A stretch of DNA of 52,018 bases, the filler included, from Catajapyx aquilonaris (taxonomy: Eukaryota): NCBI GenBank assembly GCA_000934665.2. It is 3 parts of 3 records of this genome, joined end to end, with 100 filler letters (N's around TTAATTAATTAA, not from the genome) between each part and the next. Parts side by side here need not be neighbours in the genome. Positions count along the whole stretch, not along the records: positions 34,737 to 52,018 come from JYFJ02006990.1; 2 more parts are not named here. One strand, written 5' to 3'. Within the stretch, counting starts at the first letter, position 1. Each line of letters starts with the position of its first letter. The notes under the pieces were generated by a model. The model saw only the letters and a list, made by a program, of their open reading frames with translations, ran no database searches and had not been told where the DNA came from. Both the position numbers and the translations under genes were made by a program. Positions 49,501-52,018 of this stretch are shown in pieces.

Positions 49501-51731
49501 CGTGCCTATTTCGTTTTTTTTGGGGGGGGATAAACTATTGTTTATCTGCACCTTAACAACGCGGTCGGGGTTGGGTGGGCGGGCGGNNNNGGGGGGGGCG
49601 GGGGGGCTCCCAACAGTTGGCAACATTGCGTCGCAAACAATCGGGTGCCTTGATACTGCTGCCAGCCAAATTCGAATGCCTTCACGGTTGCTTGACGAAG
49701 TGTCATTCTTTGGGTTAACGGACTGCAGCAACCATCATGGCTTTCATATTTCCCACCTCCTTCATTAATACTGTGGTCCTAGCACTAGTCTGATTGGTTT
49801 GCGTGGCAGGGGTAACAAGACACCCTTTGTTGTACTCTCCCGGCAACCGATTGTTTGCGACCTGTAGCCAACATGTTTGGAACCCACCACGGCCTTCCCA
49901 ACCCCACTGCGTCGCTAGGTGCGGATAAACGATAGGCTTTCCTTTTTTTTGTGCCTAAAAATACTGACTCTAATTATGAATCAATTTTTGGTGTACATAA
50001 ATTTTACAACTGCAATGCTATCATGAGTCTTACCAGACATTACATGCCATAAACTCAATCAATTCAGATACTTACTAGTCTTTTCCTTGCTTTTAAGGCT
50101 GGCCAAAATTGTAAAATCATTAAGCTCGTGGAATGTCACATGACCCTGACTGGAAAGGACAGCCAGGATTTCATTGTCACTATCATCAAAGAGTTGGGTG
50201 ACAAATAACAACTGTTTCACGGTTGTGTCCTTCTCCAGATGAGCAACACTCTTCATTTGGTAAGTTTCAAGAGAGTAGATATGAAGTAAAGAGAGACAAC
50301 CTGCAACCAGCAGCCTCCCATTCCTAGAAGCAAATTTGTGAAATCAGTGAACAAAACTTTACAATATGAATTGAACTAAATATACCAAGAATTTCAACAA
50401 GACTAACTCTAGACCAGGGCTTACCAAAGTGTGGGTTGTTATCCCATTTGGGGTCGCGAACATAATATTTGGGGTCATGAGGGAGGGTAAGAAACTATAC
50501 TGTATTTTAACAAGATCATTCTATATCTATTGTATGCTAACTAGTTGTCATGATGCTTACAAAGTAGGATCTAAAGGTTCCCAGAATTCACCAATTACTT
50601 GGCCATCTTGAGAAGTAGAGAGACACACTTCCCAATATATTAATCTGACTTGACACTGCAGGCACACCTTTGTATGTACGAGGGTCATACTAAAATGGTT
50701 TGCAATTAATTTTTTTTACCAAAAATACAGGGCTCTCACAGGTTGGCAGACAGGCACACATTATCTAGACTCAAGAGAATCCTGCTGGAGCCAAATCCAC
50801 AGGAGTCATGAATGTGGCAACCTCTCCAGGTCCTCCAGGAACCATGTTTAGGAGGTGTGACGCACCAATTCCCAGACAACTGCTAGCAGTAAACAAGAGT
50901 AAACAATGTCCTCAAAATGGCATCGGCAATGGTATTTTTTTCTATGGATCAGGGTTTGGGTGCTTCCACACCTGCCATACTTTCCCGTCCTGGGCCCTAG
51001 TGACCTTCACCCGTTCAGATCCATGGAAAAAAAAAACCTTCCCCAACTCCATTTCAAGGCCATTGTTGACTGCTAGCATTTGTCCAGGTGTGGGTGCGTC
51101 ACACCTCCAAAACATGGTTCCTGGAGGACTTGGAGAGGTTCCCACACCCATGACTCCTGTGCATTCTCCAGGAGGATTCTCTCGATAATGTGTGCCCATC
51201 TGCCGACCTGTGAGAGTCCTGCATTTTTGGCAAAAAATAAATAAATTGCAAATCATTTTATGGCCCCCGTAATTAAAATGTGGTTGGACAATGTGGAAAG
51301 GGTGCTCCACAAACATATCCTTCTCAACCATACTCATTCAAAAAAATTATCACAGTATCAAACTTATAATATTGGTATTGAAAGAAGGAAATGAGTAAAT
51401 CACCTGCTACATGCAAATGCTGAGTAAATAGGCCGATTGGTGGCTTCAAGAGGTGAGAACTTTGCGTTGCACTGAAAAGTCCCTCCATCCCAAACCATGA
51501 TTGTGGAATCACTGAAGCAGCTGCAAATCTTGTCTGAATGGATATAAAATATGTCCAGAAGGGTTGTCTTGTCTGGAGGATTCAAACAATGCAGCTTGGT
51601 CATTTCATTCAGGTCCCAGATGACAGCATCTGAGGCAGACAATGTGACAGCCATTTGACCTTTTCTGTCCAATGATATGCGCATTACAGACAACCGATGA
51701 CCTTTGCGAGTTGCCAGCACCTTGCCTGAGT
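35049..51731 (-). CDS. TBC1D31: TBC1 domain family member 31 (WDR67), partial: join(51731..51404, 50323..50076, 46097..45710, 42153..42020, 41938..41766, 41069..40929, 37205..36878, 35251..35049); 5' exons lie beyond the window, 3' end unresolved
   Basis: All junctions are GT-AG with compatible phases. WD40 repeats are followed by KRLRPILMEFMEYPERYRQLIWRVLLKIPGN, LAHWSPIFGELKYLPSFVFPFMKLF, NWCQMWFQYHPFPPLGVLNMAENVLSHHD, WDHILSNHPSF, TPDDIHP..YPYFNEYPRYIVDYQAKEKERI and a coiled coil, colinear with vertebrate TBC1D31 as I recall it. Confidence 0.93.
35404..36858. mobile_element. Tc1/mariner-type MITE (~125-bp TIRs) with a second element nested in its left TIR
   Basis: cagggtgaagggaaacttgcggacaatcaccaggta.. 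/ ..tacctggtgattttccgcgagtttcccttcaccctg; the left TIR resumes at 36477 after the insertion. Confidence 0.8.
35463..36474. mobile_element. Fold-back Tc1/mariner-type element with ~470-bp near-perfect inverted arms
   Basis: TA-cagggtggacggaaagtttcggacccc..ggggtccgaaactttctgtccaccctg-TA; 35463-35935 is the reverse complement of ~35990-36474. Confidence 0.92.
36878..37205 (-). CDS. TBC1D31: TBC1D31 exon
   Basis: ctccag|CTT LFFHSQNIVSMKHFLRKVYSLMDSTPDDIHP..YPYFNEYPRYIVDYQ..WDDRAFDLK A|gtaagt. Confidence 0.92.
38513..39088. mobile_element. Mariner-derived MITE with long inverted arms
   Basis: TA-cgagggcgaatcgaaaagtaattcaca..tgtgaattactttttgatttaccctcg-TA; the right arm translates DIEEVKEAIRHW..FFCRVMEKLMSQWDKCTKVCGDYVQN* (mariner C-terminus). 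Confidence 0.9.
39496..40522. mobile_element. Fold-back DNA element, Academ-like (TAG..CTA ends, 3-bp TSD), ~450-bp inverted arms
   Basis: tagtccgga..tccggacta with tga on both sides (39493-39495, 40523-40525); ~39517-39935 is the reverse complement of ~40060-40491; internal subrepeats. Confidence 0.85.
40690..40878 (-). mobile_element. tRNA-derived SINE
   Basis: Minus strand GGCATGGTGGTGTGGTGGTTA (A box)..GGGGTTCAAATCCCG (B box), followed by a non-tRNA body. Confidence 0.65.
40929..41069 (-). CDS. TBC1D31: TBC1D31 exon (TBC domain)
   Basis: ttcaag|VLPISDWLQLWDHILSNHPSFFIVAAVAYNIIFRPALLRIETEDNFE|gtgagg; 141 nt. Confidence 0.92.
41766..41938 (-). CDS. TBC1D31: TBC1D31 exon (TBC domain)
   Basis: gctaag|TG NWCQMWFQYHPFPPLGVLNMAENVLSHHDHELLQ..ITSQVYIWPLLRTAFSE|gtaagg. 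Confidence 0.93.
42020..42153 (-). CDS. TBC1D31: TBC1D31 exon (TBC domain)
   Basis: caacag|A LCSSLAHWSPIFGELKYLPSFVFPFMKLFVVCSMTCFEVAATVL T|gtgagt; not in the ORF track. Confidence 0.92.
42197..42786. mobile_element. hAT-type MITE
   Basis: TIR tagaaggtggatagttatg / cataactatccgcaatcta; exact 8-bp TSD gtgataat (42189-42196, 42787-42794). Confidence 0.85.
43733..44009 (-). mobile_element. tRNA-derived SINE (Lm1-like body) with (TAAA)n tail
   Basis: A box GTGGTGGAGTGG, B box GGTTCGAGTCC, then GGTTTTCTGTGGTTTTCC..CCAGGAAAATTCTGGGAT..TAGGCCACAGCCGCTTCCTTCC; sister copy at 46454-46791. Confidence 0.85.
44613..45382. mobile_element. Mariner-derived MITE, same family as 38513-39088, with extra sequence in the right arm
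   Basis: caagggaaaaccaaaaagtaattcacaac..gttgtgaatgacttttttattagcccttg; DIEEVKETVQA..KCTKVYG remnant. Confidence 0.8.
45587..45651. repeat. Perfect hairpin (29-bp arms, 7-nt loop) in a TBC1D31 intron
   Basis: gatgttaactgcaagtgtatcttgattat-gtaggct-ataatcaagatacacttgcagttaacatc. Confidence 0.95.
45710..46097 (-). CDS. TBC1D31: TBC1D31 exon (last WD40 strand + start of TBC domain)
   Basis: ttttcag|TC KMECATGGKYLALVKSDG..KRLRPILMEFMEYPERYRQLIWRVLLKIPGNKHAYSCLASRGIH..LAKGLQ AA|gtaagc. Confidence 0.92.
46454..46791 (-). mobile_element. tRNA-derived SINE (same family as 43733-44009) ending in a (TTA)n microsatellite at 46454-46521
   Basis: GAAGCAGTTTGGAGTAGG..GGGATCAAATCCCGG..GGTTTTCTGTGGTTTCCC..CCAGGAAAATTCCGGAG..TAGGCCGCAGCCGCTTCTCC. 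Confidence 0.82.
46832..47387. mobile_element. Mariner-derived MITE with long inverted arms (related to 50679-51269)
   Basis: cgagggcctttccaaaa..ttttggaatggcccttg; minus-strand LLQYPGLAPNEFHLFNSMKK is a decayed PPYSPDLAPSDFHLF motif. Confidence 0.78.
48088..48614 (-). mobile_element. Internally deleted mariner element
   Basis: TA-flanked TIR catggtgctacgcaaaatttccgagaattt / aaattctcgataatttttggtaacacctcg; minus-strand CFQKLEIRWNRCIHALGNSFEG matches the mariner C-terminal motif. Confidence 0.8.
48819..49972. mobile_element. hAT-type MITE with a nested inverted-repeat element (~49533-49938)
   Basis: TIR agagaccggatttttaggca / tgcctaaaaatactgactcta; 8-bp TSD attatgaa (48811-48818, 49973-49980); inner TIR gtttatctgcacc..ggggttggg / cccaacccc..ggtgcggataaac. 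Confidence 0.82.
50076..50323 (-). CDS. TBC1D31: TBC1D31 exon (WD40 region)
   Basis: ttctag|G NGRLLVAGCLSLLHIYSLETYQMKSVAHLEKDTTVKQLLFVTQLFDDSDNEILAVLSSQG..KEKT A|gtaagt. Confidence 0.9.
50679..51269. mobile_element. Mariner-derived MITE with long inverted arms
   Basis: TA-cgagggtcatactaaaatggtttgcaatt..aattgcaaatcattttatggcccccg-TA; arms ~200 bp; central GPSDLHPFRSM resembles APSDFHLFRSM. Confidence 0.85.
51404..51731 (-). CDS. TBC1D31: TBC1D31 exon (WD40 repeats)
   Basis: ttttcag|AC SGKVLATRKGHRLSVMRISLD..SASDAVIWDL..ICSCFSDSTIMVWD..YSAFACS AG|gtgatt. Confidence 0.9.
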
Positions 51732-52018
51732 CTGAAAAGATGCAGGTTGGGCAAAAATTATTGGCATCAACAGTGTAATACAGCATGAGAACAAAATCGA
51801 AGAGGTCAAAAAACTGAAAGTATATGTACAGGGCTATTCATAAGTCTTGACCCTATTTTAAAAATTCACCAAAAATACACTACACAACAGATAGTTGTAA
51901 TTAATATACCAAAAGAGCGAGAAAGGATCCGAGTTTTTTTTACAGCAAACCCCTCTCGTATTGTAGCCTTGCTGTGCCGCTAGGAGGCAGCAGTTAGAAA
52001 ATGATAAATTATACATTA

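Overview
Eukaryotic genomic DNA, most likely from an arthropod: spliceosomal introns, Lm1-like tRNA SINEs and an insect-type kainate receptor N-terminus. Three contigs are joined by two artificial 100-bp spacers (44 N + TTAATTAATTAA + 44 N, at 17269-17368 and 34637-34736). Contig 1 (1-17268) holds the 5' part of a minus-strand Ty3/Gypsy element (LTR, tRNA-Leu PBS, gag, then in-frame protease/RT after a single TAG). It also holds a spliced 12-finger C2H2 gene with decayed tandem copies of its 3' module, a non-autonomous Helitron with a PIF1-helicase remnant, and many MITEs, some nested. Contig 2 (17369-34636) is largely unique non-coding DNA with the first coding exon of a plus-strand kainate-type glutamate receptor and a LINE 3' end. 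Contig 3 (34737-52018) carries eight minus-strand exons of TBC1D31 (WDR67), with introns full of long-inverted-repeat DNA transposon derivatives and SINEs. I found no convincing new multi-gene system. The most interesting signals are the duplicated zinc-finger terminal modules, the TAG at the gag/pol boundary, the fold-back at the Helitron 5' end and the recurrent fold-back elements. All calls come from reading the sequence by eye; no searches were run.
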